A stretch of 64,000 nt of DNA from Thainema sp. (GCA_052168235.1 JBQLZK010000006.1:32001-96000), one strand, 5' to 3'; positions 38,495 through 49,080 are shown, counted from the first letter of the stretch. Numbers and translations: made by a program. The notes: generated by a model from the sequence alone, not told the origin.

Positions 38495-41326
38495 CTAGTC
38501 GAACTGAGGTGGTACTTCCTGGGGGGACAACTGATCTTCAACTGAGGGGCGAGGTGCATCTAGACCACCAGCACCGCCATTAGCCCCTGCTGCTGCCCCA
38601 TTGGCTCCACCAGCGGCATCTTCTTCGCCACCTACAACGACTGTATCGGGTTCTTCCGGTGTTGGGTCAAAGGTCTCAATCGTCACCGAGCGCACCACCT
38701 GTTCGCCTGCGCTATTGCTTACCTGGAGGCTGACCACGGTGGTGTTTGGCTGAGGACTCAGCGGTAGCGGAATGGCTCCCTGAAGCGGGACAGTGCCGGG
38801 TGCCGGCTGGAGCTGAGCGGTGGTGCCGGGGTTCGGCTCAATCGCCCAAGACAGCACCAAATTGGGTAACGGTCGGCCTTGATCGACTGGAATCACATAT
38901 TTGGTGCGGGCTGTTTCGCCATTTAGTTGAAACTTGAGAATCCGGGGGGGCCGGGGCACGATTTTGACCGGATCGGTCGTGCCAGCAATCGGTTCTTCCG
39001 GCATCCCCGATTTGGGAATCACCGTCAGCTCAAAGATGTAGTTCCCAGCCTGTCGGGCAGCCGTGGGAATGTTGCGGCAGATCAGATTCACTTCCACCAC
39101 GCAAAACGGCTCCAGGATCTCTGGCAGTCCCTCGCGCAGGTCAATCTGGACAGGCGGCAGAACCACTGCTCCTTCAGCGTTTTTGCCCACAATCTGAATG
39201 GCGCGAATTTGCTCCGGTTGGGACAGCGCCCAGTTTAAGCGCACCGTATAAGGATCGGCGGCGGGATTAACGCTGAGCTTTTCGGGGGTAAATGGATTGG
39301 CGTCGTTGGTGGGTCTAGCTGCGGGTGCTTGAGCGTTAGCTGAATTAGTGGTGGTAGTGGTTGCGATCGCAACTGGAGGGGCCGCCGGATAGCTAGGCTG
39401 GGTAGACTCAAACACCAGAATTTCCGGTAGCGGTTCGGGCGTAACTGTTACTACTGGGGTTTGCTGCTGGAGCGGCTGACCGCCTCGCCGACTGGGTTCT
39501 GGAATTAGCGTCAGGACAAAGGTGTAGTTGCCGGCGCGACGCGCATCGGTGCGCAAGTTGCGGCAGGTGAGCAGTTGCGCCTGAATGCTGCAAAATGGCT
39601 CCAGATCTTCAGGTATTTGATTGCCAGCAAACTCATAGGTTAAGGGGCCACTGATCACTGCTCCTTCTGCCGATTGGCCGATGATTTCGAGTGACTGAAT
39701 GCGTTTGGGATAGCTGACCTGAAAGCCAAGCCGCACCGCATCGCCATCGGCGACAGCATATTCGGTATCCTCCGGCGCAAAGCGAACAATTGCAGGGGAC
39801 GGGGGCGGTCGCAGCAGAAACCACCAGATCAGCCAGACAAACGTCGCCAAACCTAAAATCGCTAGCAGAATCAGCGGTAGAATTTGCCACCAGGGTCGGG
39901 ACTCCCAGACGATGTAGCCCTGCATGGGAATATCAGGGAGGGCACGACCATCGGCATCAGTCACCTGGACGCCAAAGTTGAGCAACCGCCCACCACCAAT
40001 TAGCGGGCGCTTCCACTGATTCTTGGGCTGTACATAGATCTCGCTCGTCAAGGTTTGACGCGGCGATAAATGCAGCTCTGACGGTTCCAGCCTGTATTCA
40101 CACTGGTCGCCGCCATCGAGGTGCATGACGGCAATTAGCAGATGACGAGGAATGTTGCCCTGGTTGGTGGCCTGAACGGCAAACAGTCCGGCATTGGTCT
40201 GTACGCGACTGATGAGGGTGCGAAAGCTCAGATCCACCTGGTAAATCGGCTGGATTTCCAAATAGAGCAGATCAAGCAGCGCTAAATCGGGATTATTTTC
40301 CGACAGGAGGCGCAACGTCGCGATGTAGCTGCCAGCCAGAGCTTCAGCAGGAGGGGTGATCATCAGCAGAATGATGCCGCGCGCTCCTGGGTTGAGGTCT
40401 AAATAGTCCTCTGGCAGCGATAGGCCAATATCTTGTGCCCCTTCTGGATAGGTAATGGAAAACCAGTTGGTCGGTAAGTCACTACACCGCAACCGAAATC
40501 GATCAACCCGATCGCCCCGGTTATAGACCATCACCTGAAATTGGAGGACGGTGCCGGGTAATAAGCTGGCGGGCTGAGCGGTGGTTGTGGTGGGCTGGAG
40601 AGCAAAGGTGGGATCGCTGACCTGTATTTCACTTTCGACGGGCGGCAGCACCTGCAAAATCTGGGCGTAGCGCAGCGGCGGATAGTTGGGATAGTGGCGC
40701 GGGGCGTCAACGGTCAGCCAGTAGCGATGGGTATCGGGCAGTGCATCAACGGGGATTTGGAACCGGAAGAGGACTTCGCCGCTTTGACCGGGACTGAGGG
40801 CCAGCCGTTCTTGGGTGGATTCACACCAGGAGTAAAGCGCGGGTGGCAAATCATCGATAAAGATGTCAATAATCGCGCTCTGATTGCCTTTATTCGTAAT
40901 CGTGGCGCTGAGATCGAGGCTGGCACCGGGTGTCACCACATCTTCGCCGGAGGAGTTGAGGATGACAGTGATGGGCTGTTCGGGGGCAGCGTTGGTCGAG
41001 ATAATGCTGCTGCTGGTGTCGCGATTCAGTAGCTCGGCATCGACGTAATATAGGGGATTGCCTGGATCTGAAGAGGTGACGATCTTGACATAGCCCTGCT
41101 GGACGAGATCGTCTAAAACAGTCGGTAATCGAAGATCGGTGTAGTCATCAACTCCCAACGCGGCCTCAATTTGTTGGGCACTTGCTGCTCCCTGCCGCAC
41201 CAGGCACAAGACAACCTGTCGATGAGATTCGGGTAGCGCAAATAGATCAGCAACGCTCATGTCAGTAGAGCGATCCTGGCCGACAGCAGATTGGGAGGGA
41301 TCGGAATCGAATTGGCGTCCGGTCAT
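38495..41326 (-). CDS. CIS-associated membrane protein: HTH-like N-terminus, Ig-like repeats, one TM helix, duplicated Cys-pair domains
   Basis: TM PWWQILPLILLAILGLATFVWLIWWFLL; internal repeat PFC..LTCRNLRTDARRAGNYTF / PFC..LICRNIPTAARQAGNYIF; last gene of the baseplate cluster. Confidence 0.75.
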   Translation of the reverse strand: MTGRQFDSDPSQSAVGQDRSTDMSVADLFALPESHRQVVLCLVRQGAASAQQIEAALGVDDYTDLRLPTVLDDLVQQGYVKIVTSSDPGNPLYYVDAELLNRDTSSSIISTNAAPEQPITVILNSSGEDVVTPGASLDLSATITNKGNQSAIIDIFIDDLPPALYSWCESTQERLALSPGQSGEVLFRFQIPVDALPDTHRYWLTVDAPRHYPNYPPLRYAQILQVLPPVESEIQVSDPTFALQPTTTTAQPASLLPGTVLQFQVMVYNRGDRVDRFRLRCSDLPTNWFSITYPEGAQDIGLSLPEDYLDLNPGARGIILLMITPPAEALAGSYIATLRLLSENNPDLALLDLLYLEIQPIYQVDLSFRTLISRVQTNAGLFAVQATNQGNIPRHLLIAVMHLDGGDQCEYRLEPSELHLSPRQTLTSEIYVQPKNQWKRPLIGGGRLLNFGVQVTDADGRALPDIPMQGYIVWESRPWWQILPLILLAILGLATFVWLIWWFLLRPPPSPAIVRFAPEDTEYAVADGDAVRLGFQVSYPKRIQSLEIIGQSAEGAVISGPLTYEFAGNQIPEDLEPFCSIQAQLLTCRNLRTDARRAGNYTFVLTLIPEPSRRGGQPLQQQTPVVTVTPEPLPEILVFESTQPSYPAAPPVAIATTTTTNSANAQAPAARPTNDANPFTPEKLSVNPAADPYTVRLNWALSQPEQIRAIQIVGKNAEGAVVLPPVQIDLREGLPEILEPFCVVEVNLICRNIPTAARQAGNYIFELTVIPKSGMPEEPIAGTTDPVKIVPRPPRILKFQLNGETARTKYVIPVDQGRPLPNLVLSWAIEPNPGTTAQLQPAPGTVPLQGAIPLPLSPQPNTTVVSLQVSNSAGEQVVRSVTIETFDPTPEEPDTVVVGGEEDAAGGANGAAAGANGGAGGLDAPRPSVEDQLSPQEVPPQFD

Positions 41327-41526
41327 CTTACAAGCATGGGTACAAGCGGATTGGTGAGTTCAAGTTTCAGGATTTCGATTCAGGTCTTTATTTGTATCAC
41401 ACGGTAGGCAGTGCCTATTGTCCTAGTACATTGAGCTTAAACTAGGTGGGTTAAGCGATCGCAAAACGCGACGTTGGAGTGCTTTTTAGGGGATTAACAC
41501 GGTGGGCACTGCCCAACCCTACAGAT

Positions 41527-43890
41527 TTATGGACAGCTACTAGATTTGTCAGCACTTGAATACAAATTGACCCGATGATTATCTCCTCCGCTGGTTACTA
41601 ACACTCGATTGGGCAGGCGAATGATATCGACGCTGTTGATTGGTTTACGGGAGCGACCCAGGCGTTTTCCTTTCAGAACCCTACCATCGGCATCCAGTGA
41701 CCACAGCATCACTGTGCCATCTTCGCCGCCACTGGCTAGATAACAGGCATCATCGCTCAGCGCGACCGAACGCACTGCTTGGCCATCATGACCGTCCGAC
41801 CAGCTATCTAAATTCGTACAGCGTCCTTGATTTTCCAGACAGTCGTTGAGATCCCAGAGGGTAATGCGGCCCTGGGTGTCAGCGGTGGCTAGATGACTAG
41901 GCCGACGGGTGGCGCTGGATAGGCTAACGATGTAGTCATTCGCGTCGCCAGCCGGATAGCTGAGTGAGATGGGGTTGGAGCTGGGTTCCGTAGTCTGCCA
42001 GAGTACCAGTCGGTTGAATCGACCTGCGATCGCAAGTGTCTCCTGCTCACTGCCCACCAGCGCAATCGCCTGCACCGCAAAGTTAAGCGACTTTTCAGCG
42101 ACCGACGGCAGGACAACCGGATCAGCCTGATTTGGATTAGCTCGATTGAGCCGATTACCGACACCGAGATCCCACTGCACCACGGCACCGCTGCCGTGGC
42201 CGCTGAATAAGTAGCGGGCATCGGGGCTGAACTGGAGGGCAAACACGCGATCGTCTGCCTGCGGTTCGCCACCGGGACGGAACTGGAGCTCAAATTCCTG
42301 CTGATCGCGCAGCAGATCCCAAATTTCCACCTCGCCGTTTTCAAATCCCAGTGCGATCGCATCATTATTGATGGGCCGATAGCTGGCAACTCGCACCGCC
42401 TTGTCAAACTTAAGTGGATTGCCCAACCTTCGCTTCATCCGGCCAGTTCGTAGCCAGCGCCGCACGGTTTGGTCATCGGAGGCGCTGACTAATTCATTGG
42501 CCTGACCATCGAAGCGCACCGAGTTGACTGGGCCGCGATGCTGGTTGCGCAGCAGTGGCGGGATGAAGAAGAGTCCTACCAGCGCCACCAAGGCCAAAAG
42601 CTGGAGCCAAAACGCCACGTGGGGGCGAGCCGTTAGCGTCAGGGTTTCAGAAACAGGGCGACGCTCAATATTGCTCAGTAAGTTAACGCTGTTTTCCTCG
42701 GCAGGATTGGCCTCTAGCGGATTGGGCGGCAGACTAGCCATCGGCGCAGAAGGGGCAAGCCGGGGATCATTGCTCGCGAGAGAACTAGCGGCTGGAGCAA
42801 ATCGTCCGTCCGGATCGAGATCGGGCGTGACGCGAAACTGATACTGGTGCGGCCAGCCCAGCAGCGGTCGTTTGGCCTGGATGTAAACCTGAGCCGTGCT
42901 GACCGATCCGGGCTTCAAATCAATCCGGGCTGGCATGACTGTGATGCGATCGCGAAAATCGGACGCGGTGCGATCGCGCTTTAGCCAGCGTCGCCAAGCT
43001 GGAATCGGGGGCGGTATAATCCGCAGACTGGCTGGTTGTGCCCAATTGCTTTGGTTGTTGAGCTGAACAGTGTAAATGCCCTGCTGAGTGCGATCGCGGT
43101 TGGCTCTCTCGTCCAGTTCAGCATCAATGGTGATGTCGTCTGATGCCACTGCTGCCGCCGGAATGATGGACTGAATCGGCTCCACATCCAGCTCCATCAC
43201 GCCCCAAGGCTGCACATACAGCGTACCGCCCACCTGCACCGAGGATGAGAGCGACTGGAGCGCCTCCACCTGAAAGGCGTAGGTTTGACTAATCGCTTCC
43301 GTAGAGGCCGGAATCTGGCAGACAAATAGCATACGCGATTCGCTCTGGGGTGGAATTTGCAGCCGTCGTTCGCTGCCCTCCACCAGCCAGTCGCTGGGTA
43401 AGCCCTTCAGCCGCAGCAGCACGTTGCCCATCGTCCGGTTCGGATTCAGCAAGCGCACTGGAATTTCAACGCTGTGTCCCGGTAAGCCGCTGAGCTGGGG
43501 TGCAGCCAGCTCGAGCTGGGGCGGAAACACGCCGCTGCCCTCGATAATCAGCGTGACCACCCGCCGATCTTCTTCACGCAGCTCCAGCGAAAAGACGCGC
43601 ACGGTCAGCGTCATCTTGCCGACGAATCCGCCGGGAACGGGCGGCACGTCCAGAATCGAAATTGAGAACTGGGTGCGATCGCCCGCTGGAATTTTGGCCG
43701 ACAGGTCAGGGGCGAGCCGATACCAGTGATCGGTGGCATTGATATCGACGCCGGAGGCCAGCAGCTCAAGCTGAAAGGTGGCAAACGACGAACTGAGATT
43801 CGACACGGCCACCTCAAACCCCTGCGGCTGGCCCCCTGGCTGAAACCGCAGCGTTTGCGTAGATAAATCAGTAGTGAGCAATTTAGACAT
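41527..43890 (-). CDS. CIS-associated protein: Ig-like domains, TM helix and WD40 propeller
   Basis: TM FWLQLLALVALVGLFFIP; WD repeats such as SASDDQTVRRW, ATADTQGRITLWD, ASGGEDGTVMLWS. Confidence 0.8.
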   Translation of the reverse strand: MSKLLTTDLSTQTLRFQPGGQPQGFEVAVSNLSSSFATFQLELLASGVDINATDHWYRLAPDLSAKIPAGDRTQFSISILDVPPVPGGFVGKMTLTVRVFSLELREEDRRVVTLIIEGSGVFPPQLELAAPQLSGLPGHSVEIPVRLLNPNRTMGNVLLRLKGLPSDWLVEGSERRLQIPPQSESRMLFVCQIPASTEAISQTYAFQVEALQSLSSSVQVGGTLYVQPWGVMELDVEPIQSIIPAAAVASDDITIDAELDERANRDRTQQGIYTVQLNNQSNWAQPASLRIIPPPIPAWRRWLKRDRTASDFRDRITVMPARIDLKPGSVSTAQVYIQAKRPLLGWPHQYQFRVTPDLDPDGRFAPAASSLASNDPRLAPSAPMASLPPNPLEANPAEENSVNLLSNIERRPVSETLTLTARPHVAFWLQLLALVALVGLFFIPPLLRNQHRGPVNSVRFDGQANELVSASDDQTVRRWLRTGRMKRRLGNPLKFDKAVRVASYRPINNDAIALGFENGEVEIWDLLRDQQEFELQFRPGGEPQADDRVFALQFSPDARYLFSGHGSGAVVQWDLGVGNRLNRANPNQADPVVLPSVAEKSLNFAVQAIALVGSEQETLAIAGRFNRLVLWQTTEPSSNPISLSYPAGDANDYIVSLSSATRRPSHLATADTQGRITLWDLNDCLENQGRCTNLDSWSDGHDGQAVRSVALSDDACYLASGGEDGTVMLWSLDADGRVLKGKRLGRSRKPINSVDIIRLPNRVLVTSGGDNHRVNLYSSADKSSSCP

Positions 43891-43964
43891 GGTTGAAGAC
43901 CAGGTTAAACCTCTGAATGGGTGAGGTGGGTTCGGCTGTGCCGTCTTGAAGAGAATCGCATGGG

Positions 43965-44031
43965 AAACCCCAATTTATTTTTTGTCAGCAGCTTGCTGAG
44001 CAAGCTGCTGACAAAAAATAAATTGGGGTTT
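43965..44031. repeat. Perfect 67-bp palindrome inside the CIS cluster
   Basis: AAACCCCAATTTATTTTTTGTCAGCAGCTTGCT-G followed by its exact reverse complement. Confidence 0.95.
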
Positions 44032-45404
44032 TAACTGTTTTGCATCATCATGCGCCGCCGCCAAGCAAAGTGGAGAATATTAATTCCCAATTCTTGAGCA
44101 CCGCGAATTTGGTCGCGGGTCAGGGCCAGATTTTCGTCATAGCCCCAGCCGCTGGATAAGCTGCCGATGACCAGAATAATGCCGCCCCAGTTCAGCACTT
44201 CAATCGTGGTTTGATTCAGCACCGGATAGCGGACAAAGCGGAACGGACGACTGCGTAGTGGATGCTGACCGTTGAGCTGTCCCGTTCCCGAAAGCTGAAT
44301 GCCCACCTGTTCCGCAAAGGTGGTGATGGAACTCACCAATGTCTCAACCTCTTCGGCCACACAAGTGTGAATTTCGCCCAGCTCCGCTACAAATTCGCGC
44401 TCCAGATGGGGCAGCTGAGCCGATTCCGTGCGGATGGCCGCGAGGGCGCTGCGCACGTCATACTGCACCTGCATTAGCTCATCCAAATTGGTTTGATAGG
44501 CAGGTACTTCAATGATCAGTGTGCCGCCGTGCTGAAGATATTGGCCAATCGGTTGCGCTTGGACAGCCGTTAAACCTGCTAGCTGGCTATGGCGCATATA
44601 CAGCAGATCATGGTTGGCGAGGAGCGCTTGGGTGGCGGCGGTCGTCACTTGTCCGGGATTGGTTGGTTCTAATCCGCCAAGGGAGAGCGTTTCCAGCGAT
44701 AGATTGGTCACTGAGCCACCACTCTGCAATGAGGGATAAAGTACCTCTAGCGACTCAAACAACCCCGCAAAATCCAGCTCCGTCTTCCAGGTCTCACTCT
44801 CGTTAGTTTCCAGTTGGGCGACCTTGATTAAACCTTGAGGTCGCGATCGCACAATTTGCCGAAAGCGCAGATCCACCTGATTGGCGGTTGGGAAAAAGCA
44901 GTCTGTTGGCATTTGCAGTTCCACGACACCCGGCTGTAGCTCAATGCGGCACAGCTCCACGTCTAATTCATCCGGTGGCGAATTACGCTCATCCAGCCGG
45001 AATGTTTCTTGCACAACCGTCGTTTCGCTGGTGATTGCCTTTAGCTGATCCGGGTCAACATAGCTGAGGACAAGATAAACCGTAATCGTTGATGAAACTG
45101 GCGTGGCTGCAATCCGATAGGTAACAGGTGACGGCACAACGATCGGATTACCCTTGGCATCAATGGCCATCCCCGGCTGCACTTGAAGCCAACGTCCATC
45201 GCGATACTGGGAGCTGATTTCACTAGGCGCAGGAATCACTTGGACATGCAGGCCGCAGACAATACCGGGCTGGTTCAGCGCCTGAAAATGCAGGTTCTGC
45301 CGCTGCCGATGATAGGCATGGGCCACCTGCCAGCGATCGGCGGTGAGCAGCAGACCGTCGCTAACCTGGAGGCGTTCGAGTGGCTGAATCGGAGGCGTAG
45401 ACAT
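44031..45404 (-). CDS. CIS baseplate-attached protein (fibre-shoulder-like N-terminus, DUF4159-like C-terminus)
   Basis: ERLQVSDGLLLTADRW..AHAYHRQRQ...PGIVCGL..V..QPGMAIDAKG; C-terminal YLQHGGTL, HPL...PF, AQELGINILHFAW. Confidence 0.75.
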   Translation of the reverse strand: MSTPPIQPLERLQVSDGLLLTADRWQVAHAYHRQRQNLHFQALNQPGIVCGLHVQVIPAPSEISSQYRDGRWLQVQPGMAIDAKGNPIVVPSPVTYRIAATPVSSTITVYLVLSYVDPDQLKAITSETTVVQETFRLDERNSPPDELDVELCRIELQPGVVELQMPTDCFFPTANQVDLRFRQIVRSRPQGLIKVAQLETNESETWKTELDFAGLFESLEVLYPSLQSGGSVTNLSLETLSLGGLEPTNPGQVTTAATQALLANHDLLYMRHSQLAGLTAVQAQPIGQYLQHGGTLIIEVPAYQTNLDELMQVQYDVRSALAAIRTESAQLPHLEREFVAELGEIHTCVAEEVETLVSSITTFAEQVGIQLSGTGQLNGQHPLRSRPFRFVRYPVLNQTTIEVLNWGGIILVIGSLSSGWGYDENLALTRDQIRGAQELGINILHFAWRRRMMMQNS

Positions 45405-45555
45405 GATGATGACTGATGGTGTTGTTAAACAAAGGATGATTAAAGTGTTGTCGGATGGGCGTTGTCCACCCGTTCAACCGAGAAGATTGGGGTAGGTTTA
45501 GCGCTAGCGTAACCTAATGACATCATCAAAATGGCTGAAATTAATTGAAATTAAG

Positions 45556-46641
45556 TTAGTTTTCACCTATAGAAAGAACGTTCGTGATGGTCACCACGGG
45601 AGCAGGGAGCCGTTCGACCTGCAAATCGTAGGAGCAAAAGGCGGGTTTTTCTTGCTCAATAATGGAGTGGACTAAGGTTTCATCAATCGGATAGTCTCCT
45701 TCTGGACGTAAACAAATTGAAAAGTGAAAAGGCCGACTGCCGCCCAGGGTGGCATCTTGACCAATGTGGGCGACGCCTAGCACAAAGCCCTGGCTAAAGT
45801 TTTCGGTAATGCTGATGTGTTTGCTCGCCTCATCCCGCAGATGTTCGTCCAGCGGCAAGCCCGTTGCTAAATGCAGGAAAAAGCGCAGACCACGCCGAGT
45901 GCCGCGCCAGCGATAGATTTGCATAGCGTGGCGGATGAGAAACCGTTGGCGCTCTATGGAAATCGGAGCTTGGAACGACCAGCCGACCCAGTGAGACAGA
46001 AAAGGCAAAAAAGCCGTCGGTGCAGTGAGCGGATCAAGATGCGCCCACATGGTTTCCAGGGTGTTCACCGACGGCTCAAACGTTTCCTCAAACAGCTTGA
46101 GAAAACGACCCACAAAATCAATATCGCGGTACAGATCGGGCAGGAAATTCAGGTACAGACTGCGAGGCCGAATGTGAAGCTGAAACGGTCGTGTTTCTCG
46201 CTGGGGCTGTCCCGCTTCTCCATCCCGAAGGGTTAATGTGAGCTGTCCTTGGTAGTCTAACTTGAGCGGCACCTGCTGACCAGAGTAAGACTGCTCAAAA
46301 AAGTCAGTTGTGATCGCAAAATATAGAACCGCATCCAGTTGATGATCCGGCGGCAGTTCTGAGCCTTCAACTCCACCAATCCGGCACCACTCGGCGGGAA
46401 AATCGCCATTCACCTGCAAGTTGATCTGAAGTGGATTCGCCCCGTAGTTCTGCACCTGGACAATCAGTTCGCTTGGCTCCCCTGGACGAATCAGCAAGCT
46501 GAGTGGATGCGCCAGATCTGGCGCTTGGAAAAACGTATCGTCTGCCAGTGCCACCGCCAATTCCGACGATGGCACCGCATCTGGCACCTGCATCGGCGTC
46601 AGCAATAGGCGATAGGTTTGACCAGAGCGAGCTTGTGTCAT
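45556..46641 (-). CDS. Phage tail/baseplate wedge protein (P2 gpI-like)
   Basis: YLNFLPDLY, FVGRFLKLFE, LDPLTAPTAFLPFLSHWVG, IYRWRGTRRGL, IIEQEKPAF. Confidence 0.9.
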   Translation of the reverse strand: MTQARSGQTYRLLLTPMQVPDAVPSSELAVALADDTFFQAPDLAHPLSLLIRPGEPSELIVQVQNYGANPLQINLQVNGDFPAEWCRIGGVEGSELPPDHQLDAVLYFAITTDFFEQSYSGQQVPLKLDYQGQLTLTLRDGEAGQPQRETRPFQLHIRPRSLYLNFLPDLYRDIDFVGRFLKLFEETFEPSVNTLETMWAHLDPLTAPTAFLPFLSHWVGWSFQAPISIERQRFLIRHAMQIYRWRGTRRGLRFFLHLATGLPLDEHLRDEASKHISITENFSQGFVLGVAHIGQDATLGGSRPFHFSICLRPEGDYPIDETLVHSIIEQEKPAFCSYDLQVERLPAPVVTITNVLSIGEN

Positions 46642-46662
46642 CCAGGTACCCTTAACTAACCT

Positions 46663-48873
46663 TTAACTAATCAAACTAATGGTGTGGGTTGAGCGCAGCT
46701 GATTGTCGGCCCACGAGCAAATCAGCCCCAAGCTGCCGGGCCGCACGATGTTGTCCGGCGCAGGCGAGCGTCGCCACTGATCCTGATGCCGCCGGAACTC
46801 AAACAGCAGCACGGCTCCCAAATAGCGCACCCCAGCAGTGCCCTGAATCAGAGAAATAATGTCCGAAGGGTAAACAGGTGCCCCAAACGGCCAGCCGTTG
46901 CCGTCTCGTCCCCCCGTCAGCGGATTCAAAAACCGATAGAGCGACACCTGAATCTGCTGCAAAATCGCCTGCTGCGCCTGGGAATTAGCGTATTCTGGAT
47001 CGATACCTACCTCTGTTTGCACCCCTACTCCAACATATTCCGACTCCTTGAGCTGCACCTCAATCCCCAGCAGTCGCCGCTCGTTCAGATACCCCTCAAT
47101 CTGCTGGCGCAACTGCGGCGTCATCAAAAACTGATCGGGCGGAATGCCCACGCCCCGCTCGATCCCCATAATGTTGGTCTGCGGCACCACATAGACATCC
47201 ACCACACCTGGTTTATGACTCTGCTTGGGACAGCGACAGCGAGCCACCGCACCCTGCCCCCCCTGAAGCGTCAGCGCCTCAAAATCCTCTGGTGTCACCG
47301 CGCGATCGCGCGTGCGTAACATCCGGGGCACTCGCAGCACCGCATCTTCCAGCGATTCGGCATCGGCTCCGTTGCGGGCCGGAGTGTGGTTGGTCACTGC
47401 CGACACGTAGGGCACCGCTGACTTGACAATCCGCAGACTGTGGCTCTGGACATTGCCCTTGCGTCCACCGCCCGTCCGGTAGCGAGACATGCGCAGAATG
47501 GCTCCGCGTGGAGGTGCCGCACCATACTGGCGCTCCATCAAAGTTGCGATCGCACTTCCTTGCGCTCTTAAAGACGACATTTGATTCAGCGGCGAGCCTT
47601 GATCCATCTGGGTAATTGCCCGAATCTGAGTCTGCTCCTTCAACTGGCTCGGCTCTCGAATTAGTGGCCCAAACTGCAGTTCTCCCGTTAAGGAATCTAG
47701 CGTATAGTGGCGATCCTCTGGCCCTGAATCAGCAAAATCGTTCACCTCTGCCCAAATCTGTGGCAGCCCGTCCGGTGGCGTCACGATCAGATGTTCCCCC
47801 TCCCGACGCGGCAGAATCGGCGCTCCCTGAATCTGGAACTTCTGCCCCGCCAGTCCGTTACTCTCACCCAGCAGCTCATCCCGAACCACCGTACACTGAC
47901 TGGCATCAATCGTGCCGCCAATCGAGCGCACCGACACCCGCAGCAAGCGCGGCGAACTACTATACCCCGTCTGATTCTGATTTGCTTGCGGCGGCGTATA
48001 CACACAGCGCACCCAGCGGCCCTGATAGGTGGCGAACGATGTGACTGGAAATTGCTGCGGCAGGTGCAGCACCACCTCTGCTTCCTGCACAGGCGTCGTC
48101 CCGTCACCAATCTCATGGAAGCTAAATCCCTTCGTATGGTCATCCGCTTCCCGCAGCAAAATCGGCACCCAGCGTCCCCCGTCCCAGGCCTCCCAGCGGC
48201 GGGGCGGACGGTCGGGATTAATACCCGTGGAGGTGGCCGCTTCCCCGGACAGCGCTAGCGCCAACACATTCCCCTCAATTGGCTGATCGGGATCAAACAC
48301 AATATATAGACAGTTTCCTGGCTGCGGGCGCTCACTGAAAATCATCTGCTCTCGCCCCGACCAGGTGCCATCGGACTGGCGCGACCACAGGTTAGCAAAG
48401 CGATCGCGCAAAATCGTTGGCTGCGTCTCCAGTAGTTCCGACGTCAGCAGGTGATTGATTTCCGGTAGCCCAATCGTCAGTGTTCGCTCGGTGCTGAAGA
48501 TAATTGCCTCTTCGGTTTCCGTCCGCTCGGTGGCAACTTCCACGCCTACCGGAATCTGATACACCGTCGGTAGGCTAGCGGTTAAGTAAAACGTTGCTTC
48601 GGTAAACGCGGGCGCAGGCGGCTGGAGCCGAACCCCCAACAGTTCCAAAAAGCCCACGTAGTTGCGGCGCGGAATCTGGTTGAACCGCATCAGCATCTGG
48701 TCAGTCAACCAGGCAAACAGCTCAATCATTGTTACGCCTGGGTCGCCCGGATTATAGTTTGTCCATTCGGGACAGTACCGGGGAATCCGTAGAATGCACT
48801 CTTCGACCAGGTCTTTAAAGGCGCGGTCGTCGAGGTCGGATTTGGGCAGATTGGGCAGGAAGTCGAAGTCCAT
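46663..48873 (-). CDS. Baseplate assembly protein (gpJ/Afp11-like)
   Basis: LDDRAFKDLVEE...PEWTNYNPGDPGVTMIELFAW, YRTGGGRKGNV, RAVTPEDFE, GWPFG. Confidence 0.93.
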   Translation of the reverse strand: MDFDFLPNLPKSDLDDRAFKDLVEECILRIPRYCPEWTNYNPGDPGVTMIELFAWLTDQMLMRFNQIPRRNYVGFLELLGVRLQPPAPAFTEATFYLTASLPTVYQIPVGVEVATERTETEEAIIFSTERTLTIGLPEINHLLTSELLETQPTILRDRFANLWSRQSDGTWSGREQMIFSERPQPGNCLYIVFDPDQPIEGNVLALALSGEAATSTGINPDRPPRRWEAWDGGRWVPILLREADDHTKGFSFHEIGDGTTPVQEAEVVLHLPQQFPVTSFATYQGRWVRCVYTPPQANQNQTGYSSSPRLLRVSVRSIGGTIDASQCTVVRDELLGESNGLAGQKFQIQGAPILPRREGEHLIVTPPDGLPQIWAEVNDFADSGPEDRHYTLDSLTGELQFGPLIREPSQLKEQTQIRAITQMDQGSPLNQMSSLRAQGSAIATLMERQYGAAPPRGAILRMSRYRTGGGRKGNVQSHSLRIVKSAVPYVSAVTNHTPARNGADAESLEDAVLRVPRMLRTRDRAVTPEDFEALTLQGGQGAVARCRCPKQSHKPGVVDVYVVPQTNIMGIERGVGIPPDQFLMTPQLRQQIEGYLNERRLLGIEVQLKESEYVGVGVQTEVGIDPEYANSQAQQAILQQIQVSLYRFLNPLTGGRDGNGWPFGAPVYPSDIISLIQGTAGVRYLGAVLLFEFRRHQDQWRRSPAPDNIVRPGSLGLICSWADNQLRSTHTISLIS

Positions 48874-48878
48874 GTTGG

Positions 48879-49080
48879 GTGAGGAGTGAGGAGGAAGGCG
48901 AGAGGAGTGGGAGGGTGGATGGGTGAGGGGGTAGATGGGTGGGAGACTAAGGGAGAGGGGGGTAGATGGGTGGGAGGGTAGATGGGTAGGAGTTGTGTAG
49001 GGTGTGTTAGGTGTTAGGCGTTAGCCGTAACGCACCAGGCTTCTTACGCCTCACTCCTCTCGCCTTCCTCCTCACTCCCT
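48879..49080. repeat. Composite intergenic repeat: purine-rich short tandem repeats bracketed by a 26-bp inverted repeat
   Basis: GAGTGAGGAGGAAGGCGAGAGGAGTG and its reverse complement at about 49052-49077; repeated GGTAGATGGGT between them. Confidence 0.75.
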
